A stretch of 64,000 bases of DNA, taken from sequence record NZ_CP086424.1; one strand, written 5' to 3'. Position 1 is the first letter of the stretch, and each line of letters opens with the position of its first letter. Source of the DNA: a plasmid. Positions 45,271 through 55,442 of this stretch are shown here, piece after piece. The notes under the pieces are model-generated. The model was not told where the DNA came from. It searched no databases and saw only the letters and a program-made list of their open reading frames with translations. A program made the position numbers and the translations under genes.

Positions 45271-48243
45271 ATGCTGAAAGCCCTTAACAAGTTATTTGGT
45301 GGGCGAAGTGGAGTGATCGAGACCGCGCCGAGCGTCAGAGTGTTGCCGCTTAAAGACGTGGAAGATGAAGAAATCCCTCGATACCCACCTTTTGCCAAGG
45401 GCCTGCCAGTGGCCCCACTAGACAAGATACTGGCAACCCAAGCTGAACTGATTGAGAAAGTGCGGAACTCTCTCGGTTTCACTGTGGACGACTTCAACCG
45501 GCTTGTTTTGCCGGTGATCCAGCGGTATGCCGCGTTTGTTCACCTGTTGCCAGCTTCCGAATCACACCACCACCGTGGCGCTGGTGGTCTGTTCCGACAT
45601 GGGCTTGAAGTGGCCTTCTGGGCAGCTCAGGCATCTGAGTCAGTTATCTTTTCCATCGAGGGGACGCCTCGTGAACGCCGTGACAATGAGCCGCGTTGGA
45701 GACTGGCGAGCTGTTTCTCCGGGCTGCTGCATGATGTGGGTAAACCGCTCTCGGATGTGTCCATTACGGACAAAGACGGGTCAATCACATGGAACCCGTA
45801 TTCGGAGTCACTTCATGACTGGGCACACCGTCACGAAATCGACCGTTACTTTATCCGGTGGCGCGACAAGCGACACAAAAGACATGAGCAATTCTCGCTG
45901 CTGGCGGTGGATCGAATTATTCCGGCTGAGACTCGGGAGTTTCTGTCCAAGTCTGGCCCGTCCATCATGGAAGCGATGCTGGAAGCTATCTCAGGAACCA
46001 GCGTCAATCAGCCTGTGACCAAGCTGATGCTTCGCGCTGACCAAGAGAGCGTCTCACGGGACCTTCGCCAGAGTCGTCTCGATGTGGACGAGTTCTCCTA
46101 TGGTGTGCCTGTCGAGCGGTACGTGTTCGATGCCATCCGCCGCCTGGTTAAAACCGGAAAATGGAAGGTCAATGAGCCAGGCGCGAAAGTCTGGCACCTC
46201 AACCAAGGTGTATTCATTGCCTGGAAACAGCTTGGGGACCTTTATGACTTGATCAGCCACGACAAGATCCCCGGTATTCCACGAGACCCTGACACACTGG
46301 CCGACATTCTCATCGAACGTGGTTTTGCTGTACCAAACACGGTGCAGGAGAAGGGTGAACGTGCGTACTACCGCTACTGGGAAGTTTTGCCTGAGATGCT
46401 CCAGGAGGCGGCGGGATCGGTGAAGATCTTGATGCTCCGACTCGAATCAAACGACCTGGTGTTTACGACTGAGCCTCCTGCGGCTGTTGCTGCGGAAGTT
46501 GTTGGTGATGTTGAGGACGCTGAGATTGAGTTCGTTGATCCTGAGGAAGTCGATGACGACCAAGAGGAAGATGTGTCAGCTCTGAACGATGACATGTTGG
46601 CCGCAGAGCAGGAAGCAGAGAAAGCTCTAGCTGGTCTTGGCTTTGGTGATGCGATGGAGATGCTGAAAAGCACCTCAGATGCTGTCGAGGAGAAACCAGA
46701 GCAAAAAGATGCTGGATCAACGGAATCATCTAAGCCTGACGCTGGCAAGAAGGGTAAGCCGCAGAGCAAACCGGGCAAAGCAAAACCGAAGAGTGATACA
46801 GAGAAACAACCCCACAAACCAGAGGCAAAAGAGGATTTGTCCCCTCAGGACATTGCCAAAAACGCACCACCTTTGGCAAACGACAATCCGTTACAAGCAC
46901 TCAAGGATGTTGGGGGTGGACTGGGGGACATCGACTTTCCGTTTGACGCATTCAGCGCATCGGCAGAGACAGCCAGCACTGACGCAACAAACTCAGAAAT
47001 CCCAGATGTGGCAATGCCCGGAAAGCAAGAGAAGCAGCCAAAACAGGACTTCGTTCCACAAGAACAAAACTCCCTGCAGGGCGATGACTTTCCAATGTTC
47101 GGTAGTTCTGATGAACCGCCATCATGGGCGATTGAGCCGCTCCCTATGCTGACTGACGCACCAGAACAAACAACACCAGCGCCAGCAATGCCACCTACGG
47201 ACAAACCTAATCTGCATGAGAAAGACGCAAAGACCTTACTCGTTGAGATGTTAGCCGGGTACGGAGAAGCATCGGCGTTGCTTGAACAAGCGATCATGCC
47301 TGTTTTGGAAGGTAAAACGACGCTGGGCGAAGTCCTATGCCTGATGAAGGGTCAAGCCGTCATTTTGTACCCGGATGGCGCTCGGTCGCTGGGTGCGCCG
47401 TCAGAGGTTCTCTCGAAGCTGTCCCACGCCAACGCGATTGTTCCAGACCCGATTATGCCAGGTCGCAAAGTTCGTGATTTCAGCGGAGTGAAGGCAATTG
47501 TACTGGCGGAGCAGCTTTCAGATGCAGTCGTAGCGGCCATTAAGGATGCCGAGGCGTCAATGGGGGGATACCAGGATGCCTTTGAGCTCGTCTCTCCCCC
47601 TGGCTTGGATGCAAGCAAGAATAAGTCTGCACCGAAACAACAAAGCCGAAAAAAGGCGCAGCAGCAGAAGCCTGAGGTTAACGCCGGTAAACCCTCGCCT
47701 GAACAAAAGGCGAAAGGTAAGGACTCCCAGCCACAGCAGAAGGAGAAGAAGGTCGATGTTACTTCTCCGGTTGAAGAGCCGCAGCGCCAGCCGGTCCAAG
47801 AAAAACAGAACGTGGCTCGCCTTCCTAAGCGGGAGGTTCAACCAGTGGCTCCTGAGCCCAAAGTTGAGCGTGAGAAGGAATTGGGACACGTCGAGGTGCG
47901 AGAAAGGGAAGAGCCAGAGGTTAGGGAGTTTGAGCCGCCTAAGGCGAAAACAAACCCGAAAGACATCAACGCGGAAGATTTCTTGCCGTCTGGTGTTACG
48001 CCTCAGAAAGCACTCCAGATGCTCAAGGACATGATCCAAAAACGCTCGGGCAGATGGCTCGTGACACCTGTCCTGGAAGAGGATGGCTGCTTAGTAACCA
48101 GTGACAAAGCCTTCGACATGATTGCCGGTGAAAACATCGGCATCAGCAAACACATCCTCTGCGGGATGCTGAGCCGGGCACAGAGACGGCCTTTGCTCAA
48201 GAAACGTCAGGGAAAACTGTATTTAGAGGTAAATGAAACATGA
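45271..48243 (+). CDS. traI: Conjugative relaxase TraI (MobH family, HD-hydrolase motif) with long acidic/proline-rich C-terminal region
   Basis: HHHRGAGGLFRHGLE and HDVGK metal-binding HD motifs characteristic of MobH relaxases. 990 aa. Directly followed by traD. Confidence 0.8.
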   Translation: MLKALNKLFGGRSGVIETAPSVRVLPLKDVEDEEIPRYPPFAKGLPVAPLDKILATQAELIEKVRNSLGFTVDDFNRLVLPVIQRYAAFVHLLPASESHHHRGAGGLFRHGLEVAFWAAQASESVIFSIEGTPRERRDNEPRWRLASCFSGLLHDVGKPLSDVSITDKDGSITWNPYSESLHDWAHRHEIDRYFIRWRDKRHKRHEQFSLLAVDRIIPAETREFLSKSGPSIMEAMLEAISGTSVNQPVTKLMLRADQESVSRDLRQSRLDVDEFSYGVPVERYVFDAIRRLVKTGKWKVNEPGAKVWHLNQGVFIAWKQLGDLYDLISHDKIPGIPRDPDTLADILIERGFAVPNTVQEKGERAYYRYWEVLPEMLQEAAGSVKILMLRLESNDLVFTTEPPAAVAAEVVGDVEDAEIEFVDPEEVDDDQEEDVSALNDDMLAAEQEAEKALAGLGFGDAMEMLKSTSDAVEEKPEQKDAGSTESSKPDAGKKGKPQSKPGKAKPKSDTEKQPHKPEAKEDLSPQDIAKNAPPLANDNPLQALKDVGGGLGDIDFPFDAFSASAETASTDATNSEIPDVAMPGKQEKQPKQDFVPQEQNSLQGDDFPMFGSSDEPPSWAIEPLPMLTDAPEQTTPAPAMPPTDKPNLHEKDAKTLLVEMLAGYGEASALLEQAIMPVLEGKTTLGEVLCLMKGQAVILYPDGARSLGAPSEVLSKLSHANAIVPDPIMPGRKVRDFSGVKAIVLAEQLSDAVVAAIKDAEASMGGYQDAFELVSPPGLDASKNKSAPKQQSRKKAQQQKPEVNAGKPSPEQKAKGKDSQPQQKEKKVDVTSPVEEPQRQPVQEKQNVARLPKREVQPVAPEPKVEREKELGHVEVREREEPEVREFEPPKAKTNPKDINAEDFLPSGVTPQKALQMLKDMIQKRSGRWLVTPVLEEDGCLVTSDKAFDMIAGENIGISKHILCGMLSRAQRRPLLKKRQGKLYLEVNET

Positions 48244-50105
48244 CAATGAGTTATGACCCGCTCGCCTACGAGATGCCGTGGCGGCCCAACTATGAAAAAA
48301 ATGCTGTAGCAGGCTGGCTTGCCGCCTCCGGCGCGGCTTTGGCCGTAGAGCAAGTCAGCACGATGCCTCCGGAGCCCTTCTATTGGATGACGGGGATCTG
48401 TGGCGTGATGGCGATGGCTCGTTTGCCAAAGGCTATCAAACTTCACCTGCTCCAAAAGCATTTGAAGGGGCGTGATCTGGAGTTTATTTCTATTGCGGAG
48501 CTCCAAAAGTACATCAAGGACACGCCGGACGATATGTGGCTTGGTAGTGGGTTCCTGTGGGAAAACCGCCATGCCCAGCGCGTGTTTGAGATCCTGAAAC
48601 GCGACTGGACTTCCATCGTAGGGAGAGAGTCCACGGTCAAAAAGGTTGTCCGGAAGATACAGGGTAAGAAAAAGGAGCTGCCAATCGGCCAGCCCTGGAT
48701 TCACGGGGTAGAACCCAAAGAAGAGAAGCTGATGCAGCCACTCAAGCACACTGAGGGGCATTCGCTGATCGTTGGGACCACCGGCTCGGGCAAGACCCGT
48801 ATGTTCGACATCCTGATTTCACAGGCCATTCTGCGTGGGGAAGCCGTGATCATCATAGACCCGAAAGGGGATAAGGAGATGCGGGACAATGCACGACGTG
48901 CCTGTGAAGCTATGGGGCAGCCGGAAAGATTCGTCTCATTTCATCCAGCATTCCCGGAAGAGTCGGTGCGTATCGACCCTCTGCGTAACTTCACCCGCGT
49001 GACTGAAATTGCAAGTCGTTTGGCAGCGTTGATCCCGTCCGAAGCAGGGGCCGACCCGTTCAAATCATTTGGATGGCAGGCACTGAACAACATCGCTCAG
49101 GGCTTGGTCATCACTCATGATCGTCCCAACCTGACAAAGCTCCGCCGATTCCTTGAAGGTGGCGCTGCTGGCTTGGTCATCAAGGCCGTTCAGGCTTACT
49201 CAGAGCGAGTTATGCCCGACTGGGAGGCAGAAGCAGCGGCTTATTTGGAGAAAGTCAAAAACGGTTCGCGTGAGAAGATCGCTTTCGCGTTGATGAAGTT
49301 CTACTACGACATCATCCAACCTGAGCACCCAAACTCTGATCTGGAAGGCTTGCTGTCGATGTTCCAGCACGACCAAACCCACTTCTCCAAGATGGTGGCG
49401 AACCTCCTGCCGATCATGAATATGCTGACGTCCGGGGAGCTAGGCCCTCTGCTGTCTCCAGACTCATCTGATCTGAGCGACGAACGCCAGATCACTGATT
49501 CCGCAAAAATCATCAACAACGCTCAAGTTGCTTATCTGGGGCTCGACTCCCTGACCGACAACATGGTTGGTAGTGCTATGGGGTCCATCTTCCTGTCAGA
49601 CCTGACAGCGGTTGCCGGTGACAGATACAACTACGGCGTCAACAACAGACCCGTAAATATCTTTGTTGATGAGGCTGCTGAGGTGATCAACGACCCGTTC
49701 ATCCAGCTCCTGAACAAAGGTCGCGGTGCGAAACTTCGTCTTTTCGTTGCAACTCAGACTTTTGCTGACTTCGCAGCTCGACTGGGTAGCAAAGACAAAG
49801 CGCTCCAAGTGTTGGGGAACATCAACAACACGTTTGCTCTGCGTATCGTCGATGGTGAAACACAGGAGTATATCGCAGATAACTTGCCGAAGACCCGGCT
49901 CAAGTACGTCATGCGGACTCAAGGCCAGAACTCGGATGGCAAGGAGCCCATTATGCACGGAGGCAACCAAGGCGAGCGTTTGATGGAGGAGGAAGCTGAT
50001 CTGTTCCCAGCCCAGTTATTGGGAATGCTTCCGAACCTGGAATACATAGCCAAAATTTCAGGCGGAACAATCGTAAAAGGCCGTCTGCCCATATTGACCC
50101 AGTAA
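48240..50105 (+). CDS. traD: Type IV coupling protein TraD (VirD4/TraD family ATPase)
   Basis: Two N-terminal TM segments, Walker A VGTTGSGKT, Walker B IFVDEA. 621 aa. Confidence 0.85.
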   Translation: MTMSYDPLAYEMPWRPNYEKNAVAGWLAASGAALAVEQVSTMPPEPFYWMTGICGVMAMARLPKAIKLHLLQKHLKGRDLEFISIAELQKYIKDTPDDMWLGSGFLWENRHAQRVFEILKRDWTSIVGRESTVKKVVRKIQGKKKELPIGQPWIHGVEPKEEKLMQPLKHTEGHSLIVGTTGSGKTRMFDILISQAILRGEAVIIIDPKGDKEMRDNARRACEAMGQPERFVSFHPAFPEESVRIDPLRNFTRVTEIASRLAALIPSEAGADPFKSFGWQALNNIAQGLVITHDRPNLTKLRRFLEGGAAGLVIKAVQAYSERVMPDWEAEAAAYLEKVKNGSREKIAFALMKFYYDIIQPEHPNSDLEGLLSMFQHDQTHFSKMVANLLPIMNMLTSGELGPLLSPDSSDLSDERQITDSAKIINNAQVAYLGLDSLTDNMVGSAMGSIFLSDLTAVAGDRYNYGVNNRPVNIFVDEAAEVINDPFIQLLNKGRGAKLRLFVATQTFADFAARLGSKDKALQVLGNINNTFALRIVDGETQEYIADNLPKTRLKYVMRTQGQNSDGKEPIMHGGNQGERLMEEEADLFPAQLLGMLPNLEYIAKISGGTIVKGRLPILTQ

Positions 50106-50115
50106 GAGCAGAGCT

Positions 50116-50700
50116 ATGTGTGACAAGAAGTATAGAAATTACGAGGTAGCCATCATGGTCGATGTGAACCCTTTCGACAGGGTTATGAATGAATTGAAAA
50201 GTCGTGGCCGCAAGAACGCTCACATCCTGAGCATCCTCCAATTCGACTGGCCTGCATCGGAGGCCATCATCGAGAAGCTGAGCTGCTACATCACAGACGG
50301 GATTAAGGCTAATCAGGAGCCTGTGATTTACCCGATCATTGAAGAAGCTCTGCATCGCTACAGCCAGCTCGTGTTTCATGAGCAGAGAGAGAAATATGAA
50401 GACCCGGCCAGAATTGGGGCATTTCTGGAAACCCTGATCACCGAAACCTGCCGGGCGTTGGAAGTGCAAATTGTCGATAGTGGCGGTGATTCATGGTCTG
50501 TCGATTCAGGAGAGTCGTTCTCACTGTGGCTTTCTTCCCATCCAGGAGAACTATCCATTAACCCGCAGCCCCATGAGGATGAGACCTCTTTGCGTGGCTT
50601 GCTGTATGAGCTCATCACCTGTGAGAGCGTGAAAACTGTTTTAAGGAGAACCGACTATGAAGAAGCCGTGGTTGCTGGTCGCATGGCTGCTGGTTATTGA
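50116..50700 (+). CDS. Hypothetical protein
   Basis: 194-aa ORF. Confidence 0.4.
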   Translation: MCDKKYRNYEVAIMVDVNPFDRVMNELKSRGRKNAHILSILQFDWPASEAIIEKLSCYITDGIKANQEPVIYPIIEEALHRYSQLVFHEQREKYEDPARIGAFLETLITETCRALEVQIVDSGGDSWSVDSGESFSLWLSSHPGELSINPQPHEDETSLRGLLYELITCESVKTVLRRTDYEEAVVAGRMAAGY

Positions 50701-51286
50701 GTTGCTGGCAATATTGCTGCTGATCCCTGGCGACTGGACAGACAGAGCCATCAAAAGGGAATCCGAGCTGGTGGAACAGAGTCTTGGTGTCGAAGCAAGA
50801 GACTGGATACAGAACAAAGCATCTACCTGGTTCAGGTCGAGCGTTATTGATTCAGGATTCTATGAGGGGATGTACCAAACGCTGATCCCATCAGAAGAGG
50901 AGCGCCAGAAGTCCAAGGGGATGCAGGACATGGGCAAGGGCTGGTTTGTGTGGGTCAAAGGCCGCATGGAAGCCTTTGTCAACGTCATTTACCAGTTCTA
51001 CACAAGGTTGGCACTGTTAGCCGCGTGGGCTCCCTATATGCTGATCCTGTTCGTACCTGCGGTATATGACGGGATGATGACATGGCGAATTAAGCGGACC
51101 AACTTCGATTATGCGAGTCCGGTTCTCCATCGTTACAGCGTTCGCGGAACGATGTACCTGATGGCCGGATTGTTCATCGCGTTCTTCATCCCCATAGCGC
51201 TCGATCCGGTTGTCATCCCGATGACAATGATGACGTGCTGTGTCCTGGTTGGCCTGACGTTCGGCAACCTCCAGAAACGGGTATAG
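50657..51286 (+). CDS. Integral membrane protein (possible TraJ-like transfer protein)
   Basis: 209 aa with multiple TM segments. Sits at the traD-traL position, as in SXT/IncC gene order. Confidence 0.35.
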   Translation: MKKPWLLVAWLLVIELLAILLLIPGDWTDRAIKRESELVEQSLGVEARDWIQNKASTWFRSSVIDSGFYEGMYQTLIPSEEERQKSKGMQDMGKGWFVWVKGRMEAFVNVIYQFYTRLALLAAWAPYMLILFVPAVYDGMMTWRIKRTNFDYASPVLHRYSVRGTMYLMAGLFIAFFIPIALDPVVIPMTMMTCCVLVGLTFGNLQKRV

Positions 51287-51295
51287 GGAGGGAGG

Positions 51296-51742
51296 ATGAG
51301 CTACTCCGTTATAAATCAAGATGGGGTGCATCTGTGCGACATCCCATTGAACGTCTACCAGGTGATACGTCGCCAATCCTTGTCTGCGTTGTGGCTTTAC
51401 TGGGCGCAGAGCTTGAATTTGGTGAAGGTGCTCATTGCTTGCGTCGGAAAGATGATCTTTGTGATGCCGGTAATGTGGTTCTGGGTGCTGGTGGTGTGCC
51501 GCTTGGTTGAACCAGAACGTATCTCAGACGTGTCAGGACTTATCTCTCCGGACGTGATCGGGTGGGCCGCTGGTGCGGCCATCACCCTCATTATCTTTTC
51601 CGTATTTACACGCCCAGCGTTGTACGGATACCACAACTTTTTCAAGCAGCATATTTGCTCAAGAGTAAAGCAAGTAACGCCGGAACTCAGAACAGTCACT
51701 GGGCCACTGTTCTTTTACCGAAACGAAATTGGAACGATATAG
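51296..51742 (+). CDS. Integral membrane protein
   Basis: 148 aa with several TM segments. Confidence 0.4.
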   Translation: MSYSVINQDGVHLCDIPLNVYQVIRRQSLSALWLYWAQSLNLVKVLIACVGKMIFVMPVMWFWVLVVCRLVEPERISDVSGLISPDVIGWAAGAAITLIIFSVFTRPALYGYHNFFKQHICSRVKQVTPELRTVTGPLFFYRNEIGTI

Positions 51743-51751
51743 AGAGGAACC

Positions 51752-52129
51752 ATGAAAGTAACTAATAGACTCCAACTGCTGGCACTGGGGCTGTGTATAG
51801 CCGGTACTGCCATCGCGGCTCCTGATGTGCTCAATGACGACGCAAAGCTCAAGAACCTTGAGAAGGTGTGTCCCGACTGTCAGATGGTGGCAAAAGATGT
51901 ACTCAATCTGCGGGTTGAAAACTGCCAGCTCAAAGACACTTCCAGTGCAATGATGATTGGCACCATGCAAAATGACCCTATGTTTTCGTTTATGCTGGCT
52001 GTACACACAGCGGCAGGCTCGGAGGCATACAAAACGGTAGTTGGTGCCGCTGGCAACCATGTTGACTGTGAAAACCCGTTGAACTGGATCAAGCTGACCC
52101 AGCAAGCGATTAAAGGTGGCAAAGTCTAA
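51752..52129 (+). CDS. Periplasmic Cys-containing small protein
   Basis: Signal peptide MKVTNRLQLLALGLCIAGTAIA. 4 Cys residues. Confidence 0.45.
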   Translation: MKVTNRLQLLALGLCIAGTAIAAPDVLNDDAKLKNLEKVCPDCQMVAKDVLNLRVENCQLKDTSSAMMIGTMQNDPMFSFMLAVHTAAGSEAYKTVVGAAGNHVDCENPLNWIKLTQQAIKGGKV

Positions 52130-52791
52130 TGCGTAAGAGAGATTTCTTTTTTGGAGAGGTGTATGAGGGGAGTGGAGGAGCCACTCTACGACTGAGTGAT
52201 ATGGAACCATTGGCAAGAAAAGTGTCGGCAGAGTTCTTCACTGCACAACTGAACCGTATACTGAAAGAGCATGACGGTCAGTTGACGCTCAGCGATGGAA
52301 CGTCGTACCCCAGCTTTTGGAGCTTCATCGACAAGGTTGATCCAGAGCAGGTTGGTTTCGTGGAGATCTACGCTCGGCAGGATGTTAACGATAATGTTGA
52401 AGCGACACTGGCGTGTGACATCGTTTTGGTAAATGGTGTGATCACCGTTAAACCTCACTGGTGTGCTTACAAAGACATCAGGGCTGACGAAGTGATTTCC
52501 ACCTTACTGGTGCCTTTGCATTTGAAGGCTCTCCAGGGTAAGGCTTACATTCGCTGGGATGATGGTGAAACCGAACCTCTGTTACAAAACGACGACTATC
52601 AGGCTGAACTTGAAAATGTGTTTAGTGTTTCCAAGTACCCATCAGCCATGAGCTGGGGCGATACAGCAGACCAGAAGGTTAAGCAGTACAAGATGGACCT
52701 TGAGTGCGCCACAGATGTTGGTCGTCGAGGTGTCTCATCAGAGCAAGCATGGGATGCTTATCGAGAACTCCGTTACAATAGAACAGTGTGA
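52129..52791 (+). CDS. Hypothetical protein
   Basis: 220 aa. ATG overlaps the upstream stop. Confidence 0.45.
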   Translation: MRKRDFFFGEVYEGSGGATLRLSDMEPLARKVSAEFFTAQLNRILKEHDGQLTLSDGTSYPSFWSFIDKVDPEQVGFVEIYARQDVNDNVEATLACDIVLVNGVITVKPHWCAYKDIRADEVISTLLVPLHLKALQGKAYIRWDDGETEPLLQNDDYQAELENVFSVSKYPSAMSWGDTADQKVKQYKMDLECATDVGRRGVSSEQAWDAYRELRYNRTV

Positions 52792-52815
52792 AACAAGCGG
52801 CCATCGGCCGCTTTG

Positions 52816-52835
52816 AACTTTCACATGTGAAAGTT
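52816..52835. repeat. Family A palindrome AACTTTCACATGTGAAAGTT (copy 8) followed by a T-run
   Basis: Perfect 20-bp palindrome, 25 bp after the stop of the 52129..52791 gene. Confidence 0.8.
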
Positions 52836-53114
52836 TTTCGCCTCCCGCTCTTATCATCTCCTCGAATAAACCTCCATAAAGTGCCCAAAATGGGCCGTAA
52901 CAGCACTGTTCCTAGATTGATCAATTAAGAGACGATTACTCCGTGATGACGACAAGTTATTTGGAGGGTCTATGTCCGCACAAGCTCACGTCAGAGAAAG
53001 CGAAAGCTCATCTGGTTCATTCATCTCCTGGCAGTTCCTTGTCTGGCAGGTGATGTTCGTTATAGGTGTTGTTGCAGGGATGAACCTGGAACACGCATTC
53101 AATTTTCTAGGTTA

Positions 53115-53492
53115 ATGGGAGGAAGTGTGAACCTTAATAAACAATTTTTCTGGTTTTTGATGAACGCGGTGCTGATGTGCATCTTCATCGTTCCAGTGGC
53201 CGTCGCGTTTTGGCTGTCTGCTTTTGCGGCAGGTTTTGACTGGAGTCAGTGGGTTAAGTTGGCTGCTGATACGGCCAACAGAGCTGCAAGTGACCCGGCC
53301 AAGGCTCTGGGCACGGTTCAGACCTACTGGGGCATTCTCAGCTTCTTCCTGCTGGCGGCGTACAGTCTGATGTTCAAGTTTAAAGCCAATGCTAACAAGG
53401 AAGTGAAAACTCTGGAGGTGGCCCGACCAGCCAATGAAGTTAGCGTTGCGGCTTCGGAAAAACATTCGGAAGCGGTTCCTCAAAATCAATAA
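53115..53492 (+). CDS. Membrane protein
   Basis: 125 aa, 2 to 3 TM segments. Confidence 0.4.
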   Translation: MGGSVNLNKQFFWFLMNAVLMCIFIVPVAVAFWLSAFAAGFDWSQWVKLAADTANRAASDPAKALGTVQTYWGILSFFLLAAYSLMFKFKANANKEVKTLEVARPANEVSVAASEKHSEAVPQNQ

Positions 53493-53507
53493 CCGATCCA
53501 GTAAACG

Positions 53508-53540
53508 CAAAAAAGGCGGCTTAGGCCGCCTTTTTTTATT
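53508..53540 (+). terminator. Rho-independent terminator
   Basis: AAAAAAGGCGGCTTAGGCCGCC hairpin followed by TTTTTTTATTT. Confidence 0.65.
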
Positions 53541-53636
53541 TGTCGCTGGAAGTGCCCGAAAAGGGCGCGAAGCCGTGGCAGAAAATCAGTGACCCTGAAT
53601 GAGAATACAGGCCACTAGGAAAAGAAGAGGGTTGCT

Positions 53637-53918
53637 ATGAAGCCTGTAAAGATACCGCGCCGGGTCGATGAGCCCCCGCATCTGCTGTTGTGGAGCGCAG
53701 ATGAGTTGGCCCCGATGCTTTTGGGGCTAACGATAGGGGTCATCATCGGTAAGGCTCTGATCTGCTTTCTGGGGGGGTTACTTGTAACCAACCTTTATCG
53801 CCGATTCAGGGATAACCATCCGGATGGATACCTGCTCCACATGATCTACTGGGCCGGGTTCATCATGACCAAGGCCAAATCTCTCAAGAACCCGTTTGTC
53901 CGGAGGTATTTGCCTTGA
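53637..53918 (+). CDS. traL: F-type T4SS protein TraL
   Basis: 93-aa small membrane protein leading the traL-E-K-B-V-A block. Confidence 0.7.
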   Translation: MKPVKIPRRVDEPPHLLLWSADELAPMLLGLTIGVIIGKALICFLGGLLVTNLYRRFRDNHPDGYLLHMIYWAGFIMTKAKSLKNPFVRRYLP

Positions 53919-54541
53919 ACCTGAAAAAGTATCTCAAGACCTGGGAAGGGACCCAAACAGAAAATAAGTGGGGGCGAATCTTCCAGGGTGGTCTTATTGC
54001 TATCGTTTTCCTGCTGGTGGTCCAAGTATTCAGCAAGGAAACCATCGTCACTATCCAGCCTTTCACGCTCACGGAAGAAGCCTGGGTGACGAAAAGTAAC
54101 GCCTCTCAGTCCTATAAAGAGGCTTGGGGTTTCGCTTTTGCTCAGCTCCTTGGCAATGTGACGCCAGGAACCGTTGACTTTGTGAAAGAACGGATCACCC
54201 CGCTTCTCTCCCCGAGCATCTATCAGGACGTGATTGATGCCATCGAAATTCAAGCTCAACAGATCAAGAACGACCGCGTAACCATGCGGTTTGAGCCGCG
54301 TTTTGTTGAGTACGAGCCCAAGAGCGACAAGGTGTTTGTCTACGGATATTCCTACGTCAAAGGGGCTTCTTCTAACGAAGAGCGTAGCGAACGCTCCTAC
54401 GAGTTCGCCATCAAGATTTCAAACTACGCGCCCGTGCTGGACTACATCGACACCTATGTAGGAAAGCCACGCACCAAAACTGTTTTGGAGCAACTCCAGC
54501 GCAAAGAAGAAAACCGGAGAAAGCATGAAGAACAACGCTAA
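53915..54541 (+). CDS. traE: F-type T4SS protein TraE
   Basis: 208 aa, N-terminal TM segment. Position and size match TraE. Confidence 0.7.
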   Translation: MNLKKYLKTWEGTQTENKWGRIFQGGLIAIVFLLVVQVFSKETIVTIQPFTLTEEAWVTKSNASQSYKEAWGFAFAQLLGNVTPGTVDFVKERITPLLSPSIYQDVIDAIEIQAQQIKNDRVTMRFEPRFVEYEPKSDKVFVYGYSYVKGASSNEERSERSYEFAIKISNYAPVLDYIDTYVGKPRTKTVLEQLQRKEENRRKHEEQR

Positions 54542-55442
54542 ACTTTCGCTCCTGGCGCTGTCCTTGGCGCTTGGAACTTCAATGGCCTATGCCTCGGATG
54601 ACATTCCTGTTGTCCCGGCCAGTGTTATGAAAAAGGATGTTCCTGCCCCTGTGACGTCAGGACAAAGCTCCCATGAGGTTGTGGGCAGCATGAATGAAAA
54701 CCCCTTACTGACGATGAAGCCGGGGGTTAACCAGATCATCCCGATAGCCGTTGGTCATCCGAACCGAATCGTCACGCCTTTCAGCAATCCTGAGATCGTT
54801 TCAACATCTCTGACCGGGGCGACGGATAACGGCCAGTGTGGTGAGGTCTGCATCAAAGAGAATGTGGTCTATGTCGCCACGGATAAGCAGTATCCGGTGA
54901 CTATGTTCATTACTGAAAAAGGCTCGGAAGCCCAAGCTCTCAGCCTGACGATGGTTCCCCGTCGTATTCCGCCCAGAGAAGTCTTTCTCAAGCTCGATGG
55001 TGGTGTAGGTATCACTGGTGCTTTTGCCAATACCAAGGCTGAGACCTGGGAACAGAGCCAGCCTTATGTCGAAACCATCCGGTCGGTATTCCGCAAGATT
55101 GCTCTTGGTGAAGTCCCTCAAGGTTACACGTTGAACCGCATCCCTGCTGGTGCTGCGGTGCCGAGCTGCGCTCATCCTGGGGTAAAGGTGGATTTCAGCA
55201 AGGGGCAATACATGATGGGCCACCACCTTAACGTGTTCATCGGTGTCGCCCTGAACGTCTCTGATCAGCCTATTGAGTTCAAAGAGGCGTTGTGTGGGAG
55301 CTGGGATGTGGCTGCGGTGACTACGTGGCCGCTTAACGTGCTTGAGCCCGGCCAGAAGACGGAGATCTATGTGGCGAAGAAGCAGAAGCGTGGTCTCGCA
55401 CCAACGTCTAAGCGTCCATCGCTGCTGGGAGGTGCCCAATGA
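54525..55442 (+). CDS. traK: F-type T4SS protein TraK (secretin-like/VirB9-like)
   Basis: Signal peptide. 305 aa. Conserved operon order. Confidence 0.7.
   Translation: MKNNAKLSLLALSLALGTSMAYASDDIPVVPASVMKKDVPAPVTSGQSSHEVVGSMNENPLLTMKPGVNQIIPIAVGHPNRIVTPFSNPEIVSTSLTGATDNGQCGEVCIKENVVYVATDKQYPVTMFITEKGSEAQALSLTMVPRRIPPREVFLKLDGGVGITGAFANTKAETWEQSQPYVETIRSVFRKIALGEVPQGYTLNRIPAGAAVPSCAHPGVKVDFSKGQYMMGHHLNVFIGVALNVSDQPIEFKEALCGSWDVAAVTTWPLNVLEPGQKTEIYVAKKQKRGLAPTSKRPSLLGGAQ

Noticed and set aside
46374-47618. Antisense ORFs of 88-150 aa inside traI
   Set aside because: They lie within the repetitive acidic/proline-rich region of traI. Their translations are Ser/Ala-rich low complexity.
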